DNA of 64,000 nt from Escherichia coli (GTDB lineage: Bacteria > Pseudomonadota > Gammaproteobacteria > Enterobacterales > Enterobacteriaceae): the NCBI RefSeq assembly GCF_003018115.1, contig NZ_CP027457.1; one strand, written 5' to 3'. Positions 45,301 to 56,388 of the stretch are shown one piece after another (position 1 is the stretch's first letter; each line of letters starts with the position of its first letter). Position numbers and translations under genes: made by a program. The notes under the pieces are model-generated. The model had not been told where the DNA came from. It worked only from the letters and a program-made list of their open reading frames with translations, and made no database searches.

Positions 45301-48300
45301 ATGACAGAACAACAAAAATTGACCTTTACTGCCTTGCAGCAGCGGCTGGATTCGCTGATGCTGCGTGACAGGCTGCGTTTTTCTCGCCGTCTGCACGGTG
45401 TGAAGAAGGTTAAAAATCCTGATGCACAACAGGCCATTTTCCAGGAGATGGCGAAAGAGATTGACCAGGCGGTAGGGAAAGTCCTGCTACGTGAAGCGGC
45501 ACGTCCGGAAATCACTTATCCGGACAATTTGCCGGTTAGTCAGAAAAAACAGGACATTCTCGAAGCGATTCGTGATCACCAGGTGGTAATCGTCGCCGGG
45601 GAAACGGGTTCTGGTAAAACGACTCAGTTACCGAAAATCTGTATGGAGCTGGGGCGCGGGATTAAAGGGCTGATCGGCCATACCCAGCCGCGTCGCCTGG
45701 CGGCAAGAACGGTGGCGAACCGTATTGCGGAAGAGCTGAAAACGGAGCCGGGCGGTTGCATCGGTTACAAAGTGCGTTTCAGCGATCACGTAAGTGATAA
45801 CACGATGGTCAAGCTGATGACCGACGGTATCCTGCTGGCGGAGATCCAGCAAGACCGCCTGCTGATGCAGTACGACACCATCATTATTGACGAAGCGCAC
45901 GAACGCAGCCTGAATATCGATTTTCTGCTCGGCTATTTGAAAGAGTTGCTGCCGCGGCGTCCTGACCTAAAAATCATTATCACTTCCGCGACTATCGACC
46001 CGGAACGCTTTTCGCGCCACTTTAATAATGCGCCGATTATTGAAGTCTCCGGTCGGACCTATCCGGTGGAAGTGCGCTATCGCCCGATTGTTGAAGAAGC
46101 CGATGACACCGAGCGCGATCAGTTGCAGGCGATTTTTGACGCCGTAGACGAACTAAGCCAGGAAAGCCCCGGCGACATTCTGATCTTTATGAGCGGCGAG
46201 CGGGAAATTCGCGATACCGCCGATGCGCTGAACAAGCTGAACTTACGCCATACCGAAATCTTGCCGCTTTATGCGCGGCTTTCGAATAGCGAACAGAACC
46301 GCGTGTTCCAGTCGCACAGCGGGCGACGCATTGTGCTGGCGACCAACGTCGCGGAAACCTCGCTGACTGTACCGGGGATTAAATACGTTATCGACCCCGG
46401 TACGGCGCGTATCAGCCGCTACAGCTATCGCACCAAAGTGCAGCGTTTGCCGATTGAGCCCATTTCGCAGGCGTCTGCCAATCAGCGTAAAGGCCGCTGT
46501 GGTCGTGTGTCCGAAGGGATCTGTATTCGTCTCTATTCCGAAGACGATTTCCTTTCGCGCCCGGAGTTTACCGATCCGGAGATTCTGCGTACCAACCTGG
46601 CCTCGGTTATTTTGCAGATGACCGCGCTGGGGTTGGGCGATATCGCCGCGTTCCCGTTTGTAGAAGCACCGGATAAACGCAATATCCAGGATGGCGTGCG
46701 TCTGCTCGAAGAGCTGGGCGCGATCACCACGGATGAACAGGCCAGCGCCTATAAACTGACACCGCTCGGTCGCCAGCTCTCGCAGTTGCCTGTCGACCCA
46801 CGTTTGGCGCGTATGGTGCTGGAAGCGCAAAAACATGGCTGCGTGCGTGAGGCGATGATTATCACGTCCGCGCTCTCCATTCAGGATCCGCGCGAGCGTC
46901 CGATGGATAAACAGCAGGCGTCGGACGAAAAACATCGCCGCTTCCACGACAAAGAATCCGACTTCCTCGCGTTTGTAAATCTGTGGAATTATCTTGGCGA
47001 GCAGCAAAAGGCGCTTTCTTCCAACGCCTTCCGTCGCCTGTGTCGTACCGATTATCTCAACTATCTGCGCGTGGGCGAATGGCAGGATATCTACACTCAG
47101 TTGCGCCAGGTGGTGAAAGAGCTTGGCATTCCGGTTAACAGCGAACCGGCGGAGTATCGCGAAATTCACATCGCCTTACTGACCGGTTTGCTTTCCCATA
47201 TCGGCATGAAAGATGCCGATAAACAAGAATATACCGGCGCACGTAACGCGCGTTTCTCCATCTTCCCCGGTTCTGGTTTATTCAAAAAACCGCCGAAATG
47301 GGTAATGGTGGCGGAACTGGTAGAAACCAGCCGCCTGTGGGGACGTATTGCGGCACGCATCGATCCAGAATGGGTGGAACCCGTCGCTCAGCATTTGATT
47401 AAACGTACCTACAGCGAACCGCACTGGGAACGGGCGCAGGGCGCGGTGATGGCAACGGAAAAAGTCACTGTTTATGGTTTGCCGATTGTTGCCGCGCGCA
47501 AGGTCAACTACAGCCAGATCGATCCGGCGTTATGTCGTGAACTCTTTATTCGCCACGCGCTGGTGGAAGGTGACTGGCAGACGCGTCACGCATTCTTTCG
47601 TGAAAACCTGAAACTGCGTGCCGAAGTGGAAGAGCTGGAACACAAATCACGTCGCCGCGATATTCTGGTGGATGACGAAACGCTGTTTGAGTTCTACGAC
47701 CAGCGCATCAGCCACGATGTAATCTCCGCTCGTCACTTCGACAGCTGGTGGAAAAAAGTCAGCCGCGAAACGCCTGATTTGCTCAACTTTGAAAAGAGCA
47801 TGTTGATCAAAGAAGGGGCGGAAAAAATCAGCAAGCTGGATTATCCGAACTTCTGGCATCAGGGCAATCTCAAGCTGCGTTTGAGCTATCAGTTTGAGCC
47901 AGGCGCGGACGCGGACGGTGTGACCGTACATATTCCGCTGCCGTTACTTAACCAGGTTGAGGAAAACGGGTTTGAATGGCAGATCCCCGGTCTGCGCCGC
48001 GAATTGGTGATTGCTCTGATTAAATCGTTGCCGAAACCGGTACGCCGTAATTTTGTGCCTGCACCAAACTACGCCGAAGCGTTTTTAGGCCGCGTCACAC
48101 CGCTGGAGTTACCGTTGCTCGACAGCCTTGAGCGCGAGTTACGGCGGATGACCGGTGTTACCGTTGACCGCGAAGACTGGCACTGGGATCAGGTGCCCGA
48201 TCACCTGAAAATCACCTTCCGCGTGGTGGATGACAAAAACAAGAAGCTAAAAGAAGGGCGCTCTCTACAAGATCTGAAAGATGCGCTGAAAGGCAAAGTG

Positions 48301-49203
48301 CAGGAAACGCTGTCTGCGGTGGCGGATGACGGTATCGAGCAGAGCGGCTTACATATCTGGAGTTTTGGTCAGCTGCCGGAAAGCTACGAACAGAAGCGTG
48401 GCAACTACAAAGTGAAGGCGTGGCCAGCGCTGGTGGATGAGCGCGACAGCGTGGCGATCAAACTGTTTGATAATCCGCTGGAACAAAAGCAGGCAATGTG
48501 GAACGGTCTTCGCCGTCTACTGCTGCTGAATATTCCATCGCCGATCAAGTATTTACATGAGAAGTTACCAAACAAAGCCAAGCTTGGACTGTACTTTAAC
48601 CCGTATGGCAAAGTGCTGGAGCTGATCGACGACTGTATCTCCTGCGGTGTGGATAAATTGATCGACGCCAATGGTGGCCCGGTCTGGACGGAAGAAGGCT
48701 TTGCTGCGCTGCATGAAAAAGTGCGCGCCGAACTGAATGACACGGTGGTGGATATTGCGAAGCAGGTCGAGCAAATCCTTACGGCGGTGTTCAATATCAA
48801 CAAACGCCTGAAGGGGCGGGTGGATATGACGATGGCGCTGGGGCTTTCTGACATTAAAGCGCAGATGGGCGGGCTGGTGTATCGCGGTTTTGTGACTGGT
48901 AACGGCTTCAAACGGCTGGGCGACACGCTGCGTTATTTGCAGGCGATTGAAAAACGGCTGGAAAAACTGGCGGTTGATCCACATCGCGATCGTGCACAGA
49001 TGCTGAAAGTCGAAAACGTCCAGCAGGCGTGGCAGCAATGGATCAACAAACTGCCGCCTGCACGTCGTGAGGATGAAGACGTGAAAGAGATCCGTTGGAT
49101 GATAGAAGAGCTGCGCGTTAGTTACTTCGCTCAACAACTCGGTACACCTTATCCGATTTCAGATAAGCGTATTTTGCAGGCGATGGAGCAGATTAGCGGT
49201 TAA
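45301..49203 (+). CDS. hrpA: ATP-dependent RNA helicase HrpA (DEAH-box)
   Basis: 1300-aa ORF; Walker A GETGSGKTTQ, DEAH box IIIDEAHERS. Confidence 0.9.
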   Translation: MTEQQKLTFTALQQRLDSLMLRDRLRFSRRLHGVKKVKNPDAQQAIFQEMAKEIDQAVGKVLLREAARPEITYPDNLPVSQKKQDILEAIRDHQVVIVAGETGSGKTTQLPKICMELGRGIKGLIGHTQPRRLAARTVANRIAEELKTEPGGCIGYKVRFSDHVSDNTMVKLMTDGILLAEIQQDRLLMQYDTIIIDEAHERSLNIDFLLGYLKELLPRRPDLKIIITSATIDPERFSRHFNNAPIIEVSGRTYPVEVRYRPIVEEADDTERDQLQAIFDAVDELSQESPGDILIFMSGEREIRDTADALNKLNLRHTEILPLYARLSNSEQNRVFQSHSGRRIVLATNVAETSLTVPGIKYVIDPGTARISRYSYRTKVQRLPIEPISQASANQRKGRCGRVSEGICIRLYSEDDFLSRPEFTDPEILRTNLASVILQMTALGLGDIAAFPFVEAPDKRNIQDGVRLLEELGAITTDEQASAYKLTPLGRQLSQLPVDPRLARMVLEAQKHGCVREAMIITSALSIQDPRERPMDKQQASDEKHRRFHDKESDFLAFVNLWNYLGEQQKALSSNAFRRLCRTDYLNYLRVGEWQDIYTQLRQVVKELGIPVNSEPAEYREIHIALLTGLLSHIGMKDADKQEYTGARNARFSIFPGSGLFKKPPKWVMVAELVETSRLWGRIAARIDPEWVEPVAQHLIKRTYSEPHWERAQGAVMATEKVTVYGLPIVAARKVNYSQIDPALCRELFIRHALVEGDWQTRHAFFRENLKLRAEVEELEHKSRRRDILVDDETLFEFYDQRISHDVISARHFDSWWKKVSRETPDLLNFEKSMLIKEGAEKISKLDYPNFWHQGNLKLRLSYQFEPGADADGVTVHIPLPLLNQVEENGFEWQIPGLRRELVIALIKSLPKPVRRNFVPAPNYAEAFLGRVTPLELPLLDSLERELRRMTGVTVDREDWHWDQVPDHLKITFRVVDDKNKKLKEGRSLQDLKDALKGKVQETLSAVADDGIEQSGLHIWSFGQLPESYEQKRGNYKVKAWPALVDERDSVAIKLFDNPLEQKQAMWNGLRRLLLLNIPSPIKYLHEKLPNKAKLGLYFNPYGKVLELIDDCISCGVDKLIDANGGPVWTEEGFAALHEKVRAELNDTVVDIAKQVEQILTAVFNINKRLKGRVDMTMALGLSDIKAQMGGLVYRGFVTGNGFKRLGDTLRYLQAIEKRLEKLAVDPHRDRAQMLKVENVQQAWQQWINKLPPARREDEDVKEIRWMIEELRVSYFAQQLGTPYPISDKRILQAMEQISG

Positions 49204-49474
49204 CGCGGCTATTTGCCTGATAAATATAAAACCCGGTAAGCATTTAGCGCCGGGTTTTTTATTAATTCTAAAACGGTAAGGGCAAAAATTCAGGAATTCA
49301 GAAAAATACAATTCTCTGCTGCAAGATGAATAATGTTTATCTACAGCATTTCCTTAAAAGATATGTCAGGCTTGCGGAGTGGCGGTTAAGGAAATACGAC
49401 TTCCTCCTTTCAGAGTGCTCCGCTTCTCACTATTATCTCACGCAGTATTCTTAAGGGAACGATAAGGAGGAACC

Positions 49475-50275
49475 ATGAACATTACCCCGTTTCCGACGCT
49501 TTCGACGGCAACTATAGATGCCATAAATGTTATCGGACAGTGGCTGGCGCAGGATGATTTCTCCGGTGAGGTGCCGTATCAGGCCGATTGCGTCATACTT
49601 GCAGGCAATGCGGTTATGCCGACTATAGATGCGGCATGTAAGATTGCCCGCGATCAGCAAATTCCTTTACTGATTAGTGGTGGTATCGGTCACTCGACAA
49701 CTTTTTTGTATAGCGCCATCGCACAGCATCCGCACTACAACACTATCCGCACCACTGGCAGAGCAGAAGCGACCATCCTGGCGGATATCGCTCATCAGTT
49801 CTGGCACATTCCGCATGAAAAAATCTGGATTGAAGATCAGTCAACAAACTGCGGTGAAAACGCACGCTTTAGCATCGCGCTATTGAATCAGGCCGTAGAA
49901 CGAGTTCATACGGCTATCGTTGTTCAGGACCCCACCATGCAGCGACGCACGATGGCGACGTTCCGCCGTATGACTGGGGACAATCCCGATGCACCACGCT
50001 GGTTAAGTTATCCCGGATTCGTTCCTCAGTTAGGAAATAACGCAGACAGTGTAATCTTTGTTAATCCGTTGCAAGGATTATGGCCGGTTGAGCGTTATCT
50101 CTCACTACTCACTGGCGAGCTGCCGCGTTTACGCGATGATAGCGATGGCTACGGTCCCCGCGGGCGAGATTTTATCGTTCACGTTGATTTTCCGGCAGAA
50201 GTCATTCAGGCATGGCAAACGCTTAAACACGATGCGGTGCTCATCGAGGCGATGGAAAGTCGCTCGTTACGTTAA
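49475..50275 (+). CDS. ydcF: DUF218-domain protein YdcF
   Basis: 266-aa [32 protein letters not shown]...; AAGGAGG SD upstream. Confidence 0.85.
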   Translation: MNITPFPTLSTATIDAINVIGQWLAQDDFSGEVPYQADCVILAGNAVMPTIDAACKIARDQQIPLLISGGIGHSTTFLYSAIAQHPHYNTIRTTGRAEATILADIAHQFWHIPHEKIWIEDQSTNCGENARFSIALLNQAVERVHTAIVVQDPTMQRRTMATFRRMTGDNPDAPRWLSYPGFVPQLGNNADSVIFVNPLQGLWPVERYLSLLTGELPRLRDDSDGYGPRGRDFIVHVDFPAEVIQAWQTLKHDAVLIEAMESRSLR

Positions 50276-50471
50276 AAATTGCCCGTTTGTGAACCACTTG
50301 TTTGCAAACGGGCATGACTCCTGACTTTTATTTCTGCCTTTTATTCCTTTTACACTTGTTTTTATGAAGCCCTTCACAGAATTGTCCTTTCACGATGCCG
50401 TCTCTCTGATGATTGATGTTAATTAACAATGTATTCACCGAAAACAAACATATAAATCACAGGAGTCGCCC

Positions 50472-51911
50472 ATGTCAGTACCCGTTCAACATCCTATGTA
50501 TATCGATGGACAGTTTGTTACCTGGCGTGGAGACGCATGGATTGATGTGGTAAACCCTGCTACAGAGGCTGTCATTTCCCGCATACCCGATGGTCAGGCC
50601 GAGGATGCCCGTAAGGCAATCGATGCAGCAGAACGTGCACAACCAGAATGGGAAGCGTTGCCTGCTATTGAACGCGCCAGTTGGTTGCGCAAAATCTCCG
50701 CCGGGATCCGCGAACGCGCCAGTGAAATCAGTGCGCTGATTGTTGAAGAAGGGGGCAAGATCCAGCAGCTGGCTGAAGTCGAAGTGGCTTTTACTGCCGA
50801 CTATATCGATTACATGGCGGAGTGGGCACGGCGTTACGAGGGCGAGATTATTCAAAGCGATCGTCCAGGAGAAAATATTCTTCTGTTTAAACGTGCGCTT
50901 GGTGTGACTACCGGCATTCTGCCGTGGAACTTCCCGTTCTTCCTCATTGCACGCAAAATGGCTCCCGCTCTTTTGACCGGTAATACCATCGTCATTAAAC
51001 CCAGTGAATTTACGCCAAACAATGCGATTGCATTCGCCAAAATCGTCGATGAAATAGGCCTTCCGCGCGGCGTGTTTAACCTTGTACTGGGGCGTGGTGA
51101 AACCGTTGGGCAAGAACTGGCGGGTAACCCAAAGGTCGCAATGGTCAGTATGACAGGCAGCGTCTCTGCAGGTGAGAAGATCATGGCGACTGCGGCGAAA
51201 AACATCACCAAAGTGTGTCTGGAATTGGGTGGTAAAGCACCAGCTATCGTAATGGACGATGCCGATCTTGAACTGGCAGTCAAAGCCATCGTTGATTCAC
51301 GCGTCATTAATAGTGGGCAAGTGTGTAACTGTGCAGAACGTGTTTATGTACAGAAAGGCATTTATGATCAGTTCGTCAATCGGCTGGGTGAAGCGATGCA
51401 GGCGGTTCAATTTGGTAACCCCGCTGAACGCAACGACATTGCGATGGGGCCGTTGATTAACGCCGCGGCGCTGGAAAGGGTCGAGCAAAAAGTGGCGCGC
51501 GCAGTAGAAGAAGGGGCGAGAGTGGCGTTGGGTGGCAAAGCGGTAGAGGGGAAAGGATATTATTATCCGCCGACATTGCTGCTGGATGTTCGCCAGGAAA
51601 TGTCGATTATGCATGAGGAAACCTTTGGCCCGGTGCTGCCAGTTGTCGCATTCGACACGCTGGAAGATGCTATCTCAATGGCTAATGACAGTGATTACGG
51701 CCTGACCTCATCAATCTATACCCAAAATCTGAACGTCGCGATGAAAGCCATTAAAGGGCTGAAGTTTGGTGAAACTTACATCAACCGTGAAAACTTCGAA
51801 GCTATGCAAGGCTTCCACGCCGGATGGCGTAAATCCGGTATTGGCGGCGCAGATGGTAAACATGGTCTGCATGAATATCTGCAGACCCAGGTGGTTTATT
51901 TACAGTCTTAA
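50472..51911 (+). CDS. aldA: Lactaldehyde / glycolaldehyde dehydrogenase
   Basis: 479-aa aldehyde dehydrogenase; LELGGKAP and catalytic GQVCNCAER motifs. Confidence 0.9.
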   Translation: MSVPVQHPMYIDGQFVTWRGDAWIDVVNPATEAVISRIPDGQAEDARKAIDAAERAQPEWEALPAIERASWLRKISAGIRERASEISALIVEEGGKIQQLAEVEVAFTADYIDYMAEWARRYEGEIIQSDRPGENILLFKRALGVTTGILPWNFPFFLIARKMAPALLTGNTIVIKPSEFTPNNAIAFAKIVDEIGLPRGVFNLVLGRGETVGQELAGNPKVAMVSMTGSVSAGEKIMATAAKNITKVCLELGGKAPAIVMDDADLELAVKAIVDSRVINSGQVCNCAERVYVQKGIYDQFVNRLGEAMQAVQFGNPAERNDIAMGPLINAAALERVEQKVARAVEEGARVALGGKAVEGKGYYYPPTLLLDVRQEMSIMHEETFGPVLPVVAFDTLEDAISMANDSDYGLTSSIYTQNLNVAMKAIKGLKFGETYINRENFEAMQGFHAGWRKSGIGGADGKHGLHEYLQTQVVYLQS

Positions 51912-51919
51912 TGAGTGAA

Positions 51920-51948
51920 AGAGGCGGAGGTTTTTTCCTCCGCCTGTG
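51920..51948. terminator. Bidirectional intrinsic terminator between convergent aldA and gapC
   Basis: AGAGGCGGAGG-TTTTT-TCCTCCGCCTGT hairpin. Confidence 0.6.
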
Positions 51949-51952
51949 CGCG

Positions 51953-52954
51953 TCAGAGTTTAGCGAATTTTTCGAGGGTGCGAATAAGCTGCGTGACGAA
52001 GCCATATTCGTTATCGTACCAGGCGACCGTTTTCACCAGTTGTAAATCGCCCACGGCGGTAATTTCCGTTTGCGTGGCATCAAACACCGAACCGAAATGG
52101 CTGCCAATGATATCGGAAGAGACTATTTCTTCATCGGTATAACCAAATGACTCGTTATTGGTGGTTGCTTGTTTAAGTGCGTTATTCACCTCTTCGGCAG
52201 TCACTTTTTTTCCGAGAATCGATACCAGTTCAGTGACCGAACCTGTTTTCACCGGCACGCGTTGCGCATGACCTTTCAGTTTGCCGCTCAGTTCCGGGAT
52301 CACCAGACCAATGGCTTTTGCCGCGCCCGTAGTGTGGGGGATGATATTTTCTGCCGCTGCGCGTGAAGCACGTAAATCTTTACCACGCGGGCCATCCACC
52401 AGTGACTGGGTGCCAGTATAGGCATGAATGGTCGTCATCGTGCCGACTTCTATCCCGAAACTGTCATGCAAGGCTTTGGCCATCGGCGCAAGGCAGTTAG
52501 TGGTGCATGACGCCACGGAAACAATGGTATCGTTGCCATCCAGAGTGTCGTCATTGACGTTATAAACGATAGTTTTCATTTCACCGGCAGGGGCGGAAAT
52601 CAACACCTTCTTCGCGCCAGCATCGAGATGCGCCTGCGATTTCTCGGCGGAGGTATAAAAGCCAGTACATTCGACAATGATTTCTGCACCTTTCGCTTTC
52701 CACGGAATATTTTTAGCCTCTTTTTCGGCGTAAACCGCGATACTTTTCCCATTAACGATAAGTGAATCTTCCGTAAAATCAACGCTCCAGGGGAACGGTC
52801 CGTAGTTTGAATCATGTTTGAGCAGGTAGGCGAGAATTTTTGGAGAAGTGAGATCATTAATAGCGACAACGTCTATGTTGCTTTTGACTTCAAGTAATCG
52901 ACGCAACACCAGTCGACCGATACGACCAAAACCGTTAATACCAACTTTACTCAT
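51953..52954 (-). CDS. gapC: Glyceraldehyde-3-phosphate dehydrogenase GapC, intact reading frame
   Basis: Uninterrupted 333-aa ORF; NAD-binding NGFGRIGR and catalytic [10 protein letters not shown] motifs. Confidence 0.85.
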   Translation of the reverse strand: MSKVGINGFGRIGRLVLRRLLEVKSNIDVVAINDLTSPKILAYLLKHDSNYGPFPWSVDFTEDSLIVNGKSIAVYAEKEAKNIPWKAKGAEIIVECTGFYTSAEKSQAHLDAGAKKVLISAPAGEMKTIVYNVNDDTLDGNDTIVSVASCTTNCLAPMAKALHDSFGIEVGTMTTIHAYTGTQSLVDGPRGKDLRASRAAAENIIPHTTGAAKAIGLVIPELSGKLKGHAQRVPVKTGSVTELVSILGKKVTAEEVNNALKQATTNNESFGYTDEEIVSSDIIGSHFGSVFDATQTEITAVGDLQLVKTVAWYDNEYGFVTQLIRTLEKFAKL

Positions 52955-53142
52955 GGTTTTCTCCTGTCAGGAACGTTCGGATGAAAATTGATCCTTTCCA
53001 GGCTTAGACCAGGATTGTGGGATGGGCAATCTCCATTCTTACAGTGAAACGTAACGTACTGAAAACGGGTGAACAATATTTAATGAAATTTTGAGAAAAG
53101 CCCGTTATGTTAACGGAAAATTATGTTGAAGCAGGAAATGTT

Positions 53143-53673
53143 ATGGAAAATAAATACTCAAGGTTACAAATCGGCATTCACTGGCTGGTCTTTTTGCTGG
53201 TTATCGCAGCGTATTGCGCAATGGAGTTTCGTGGTTTCTTCCCACGTAGCGAACGGCCGCTCATCAACATGATTCATGTTTCCTGTGGCATCTCAATTCT
53301 CGTGCTGATGGTGGTTCGTCTTTTGTTAAGACTGAAATACCCAACCCCGCCGATTATACCTAAGCCGAAACCGATGATGACGGGACTGGCGCATTTGGGA
53401 CATTTGGTGATTTATCTCCTGTTTATTGCGCTGCCAGTGATTGGTTTGGTGATGATGTATAACCGGGGCAACCCGTGGTTTGCGTTTGGTTTGACGATGC
53501 CTTACGCTTCAGAGGCCAATTTCGAACGGGTAGATAGCTTAAAGTCGTGGCATGAAACGCTGGCGAATCTGGGATATTTTGTCATCGGTTTGCACGCTGC
53601 GGCTGCACTGGCACACCACTATTTCTGGAAGGACAACACACTTCTACGCATGATGCCGCGTAAACGTTCCTGA
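53143..53673 (+). CDS. cybB: Cytochrome b561
   Basis: 176-aa form starting MENKYSRLQIGIHWLVFLLVIAAY; four TM helices with conserved His; track ORF has a 12-codon upstream extension. Confidence 0.85.
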   Translation: MENKYSRLQIGIHWLVFLLVIAAYCAMEFRGFFPRSERPLINMIHVSCGISILVLMVVRLLLRLKYPTPPIIPKPKPMMTGLAHLGHLVIYLLFIALPVIGLVMMYNRGNPWFAFGLTMPYASEANFERVDSLKSWHETLANLGYFVIGLHAAAALAHHYFWKDNTLLRMMPRKRS

Positions 53674-53917
53674 AGAATATTTAAAGAAAACGCCTGTACT
53701 AAAACCGACCCGTGGTACAGGCGAAGAATACGGGTCTACATCGGAAGCGCCTATTATATTTATTTGTATGACAAATAAAACCATAATCCTTGCCCATACG
53801 TCTATCTGGCTTATTTTTAATCAATTCACCCGATCTTTGATCTCATCAACGGTATCAAAATAAACCAGCGTATAACGTTCAAATCGAACATAAGATTCGA
53901 TAAACCATGGAGGTTAT

Positions 53918-54091
53918 ATGAAAAAACTAGCACTTATTTTGTTTATGGGAACGCTTGTTTCCTTTTATGCCGATGCCGGGCGCAAACCCTGTTCTGGTTC
54001 GAAAGGGGGGATCTCACACTGTACGGCAGGCGGCAAATTTGTCTGTAATGATGGTTCTATTAGTGCATCGAAAAAAACATGCACTAACTGA
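53918..54091 (+). CDS. ydcA: Small secreted Cys-rich protein YdcA (57 aa)
   Basis: GGAGG SD then ATG; MKKLALILFMGTLVSFYADAGRKPCSGSKGGISHCTAGGKFVCNDGSISASKKTCTN; below the track length cutoff. Confidence 0.7.
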   Translation: MKKLALILFMGTLVSFYADAGRKPCSGSKGGISHCTAGGKFVCNDGSISASKKTCTN

Positions 54092-54162
54092 AGTGTAAAA
54101 GGGGTGCCATGAGAAAATGAATCTGCTAGTCAGATGCGCGGGGAAAATCCCCGCGCTTGCCC

Positions 54163-54370
<208 letters not shown>

Positions 54371-54710
54371 TCGTTGGCCTCGGTTGATAGAAATATCGGT
54401 CGGGGCCTTCGTCTTTCTGATTCCCGGTTAGCCTGAAAACAGAAAGTCTCAGGCACCCGCAGGCATCCTATGAGGTTTCCTTAGGGACGAAAATAATCAC
54501 TTCACGAAATTGCGTGCTGTTTTCCAGAATTTTTCGTCATTCGGGTTAGCCAGTTTAGCCATTCGTTACTCTCTTCATTCCAATAGCATTAATTTTCTCT
54601 GCAATAATTGTTGTAAAAATGTGACGCAAAGAGGTTTTTGGTCATAAGTAATTACCGTCAAGTGCCGATGACTTTCTATCAGGAGTAAACCTGGACGAGA
54701 GACAACGGTA

Positions 54711-56351
54711 ATGAATACAACTCCCTCACAGCGATTAGGTTTTTTGCATCACATCAGGCTGGTTCCGTTATTTGCCTGCATTCTTGGCGGTATCTTAGTT
54801 CTATTCGCATTAAGTTCTGCTCTGGCTGGCTATTTCCTCTGGCAGGCCGATCGCGATCAGCGTGATGTTACTGCGGAGATTGAGATTCGGACCGGGTTAG
54901 CGAACAGTTCAGATTTTTTGCGTTCAGCCCGGATCAATATGATTCAGGCCGGGGCTGCGAGTCGTATTGCGGAAATGGAAGCAATGAAGCGAAATATTGC
55001 GCAAGCCGAATCGGAGATTAAACAGTCGCAGCAAGGGTATCGTGCTTATCAGAATCGGCCGGTGAAAACACCTGCTGATGAAGCCCTCGACACTGAATTA
55101 AATCAACGCTTTCAGGCTTATATCACGGGTATGCAACCTATGTTGAAATATGCCAAAAATGGCATGTTTGAAGCGATTATCAATCATGAAAGTGAGCAGA
55201 TCCGACCGCTGGATAATGCTTATACCGATATTTTGAACAAAGCCGTTAAGATACGTAGCACCAGAGCCAACCAACTGGCGGAACTGGCCCATCAGCGCAC
55301 CCGCCTGGGTGGGATGTTTATGATTGGCGCGTTTGTGCTTGCCCTGGTCATGACGCTGATAACATTTATGGTGCTACGTCGGATCGTCATTCGTCCACTG
55401 CAACATGCCGCACTACGGATTGAAAAAATCGCCAGTGGCGATCTGACGATGAATGATGAACCGGCGGGTCGTAATGAAATCGGTCGCTTAAGTCGTCATT
55501 TACAGCAAATGCAGCATTCACTGGGGATGACAGTAGGGACTGTTCGACAGGGCGCGGAAGAGATTTATCGTGGCACCAGCGAAATTTCCGCTGGCAATGC
55601 GGACCTTTCATCTCGCACCGAAGAACAAGCGGCGGCTATCGAACAAACTGCCGCCAGCATGGAGCAACTCACTGCGACGGTGAAACAGAATGCGGATAAC
55701 GCGCATCATGCCAGCAAACTGGCGCAAGAGGCTTCTATTAAAGCCAGCGATGGCGGGCAGACGGTTTCCGGGGTAGTAAAAACGATGGGCGCTATCTCCA
55801 CGAGTTCGAAGAAAATTTCTGAGATCACCGCCGTCATCAACAGTATTGCTTTCCAGACGAATATTCTGGCACTGAATGCTGCCGTTGAAGCTGCGCGAGC
55901 GGGTGAGCAAGGGCGTGGATTTGCCGTTGTCGCCAGCGAAGTACGGACACTCGCAAGCCGCAGCGCTCAGGCGGCGAAAGAGATTGAAGGCTTGATCAGT
56001 GAATCAGTCAGGTTAATTGACCTGGGGTCGGATGAGGTGGCAACGGCAGGGAAAACCATGAGCACTATTGTTGATGCCGTCGCGAGTGTCACACATATCA
56101 TGCAGGAAATCGCCGCCGCCTCGGATGAACAAAGTAGAGGCATAACGCAGGTTAGCCAGGCGATTTCTGAAATGGATAAGGTGACGCAACAGAATGCTTC
56201 TCTGGTAGAAGAGGCCTCAGCAGCGGCGGTGTCCCTTGAAGAACAGGCGGCACGATTAACTGAGGCGGTGGACGTATTCCGTCTGAACAAACATTCTGTG
56301 TCGGCAGAACCTCGCGGAGCGGGTGAACAAGTTAGTTTCGCTACGGTGTGA
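54711..56351 (+). CDS. trg: Methyl-accepting chemotaxis protein III (ribose/galactose sensor)
   Basis: 546-aa ORF; two TM helices, HAMP domain and conserved MCP signalling domain (...[44 protein letters not shown]...). Confidence 0.9.
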   Translation: MNTTPSQRLGFLHHIRLVPLFACILGGILVLFALSSALAGYFLWQADRDQRDVTAEIEIRTGLANSSDFLRSARINMIQAGAASRIAEMEAMKRNIAQAESEIKQSQQGYRAYQNRPVKTPADEALDTELNQRFQAYITGMQPMLKYAKNGMFEAIINHESEQIRPLDNAYTDILNKAVKIRSTRANQLAELAHQRTRLGGMFMIGAFVLALVMTLITFMVLRRIVIRPLQHAALRIEKIASGDLTMNDEPAGRNEIGRLSRHLQQMQHSLGMTVGTVRQGAEEIYRGTSEISAGNADLSSRTEEQAAAIEQTAASMEQLTATVKQNADNAHHASKLAQEASIKASDGGQTVSGVVKTMGAISTSSKKISEITAVINSIAFQTNILALNAAVEAARAGEQGRGFAVVASEVRTLASRSAQAAKEIEGLISESVRLIDLGSDEVATAGKTMSTIVDAVASVTHIMQEIAAASDEQSRGITQVSQAISEMDKVTQQNASLVEEASAAAVSLEEQAARLTEAVDVFRLNKHSVSAEPRGAGEQVSFATV

Positions 56352-56361
56352 AAATGTTCAA

Positions 56362-56385
56362 GGAGGGATCGACAGATCCCTTCAC
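56362..56385. terminator. Bidirectional terminator hairpin between convergent trg and ydcI
   Basis: GGAGGGATC-GACA-GATCCCTTC inverted repeat. Confidence 0.5.
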
Positions 56386-56388
56386 CTT

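Noticed and set aside
46243-47169. 308-aa minus-strand ORF inside hrpA
   Set aside because: Antisense to a highly conserved DEAH helicase gene; long antisense ORFs are common in GC-rich coding sequence; Arg/Gln-rich composition.
50475-51113. 212-aa minus-strand ORF inside aldA
   Set aside because: Antisense artefact within the aldehyde dehydrogenase gene.
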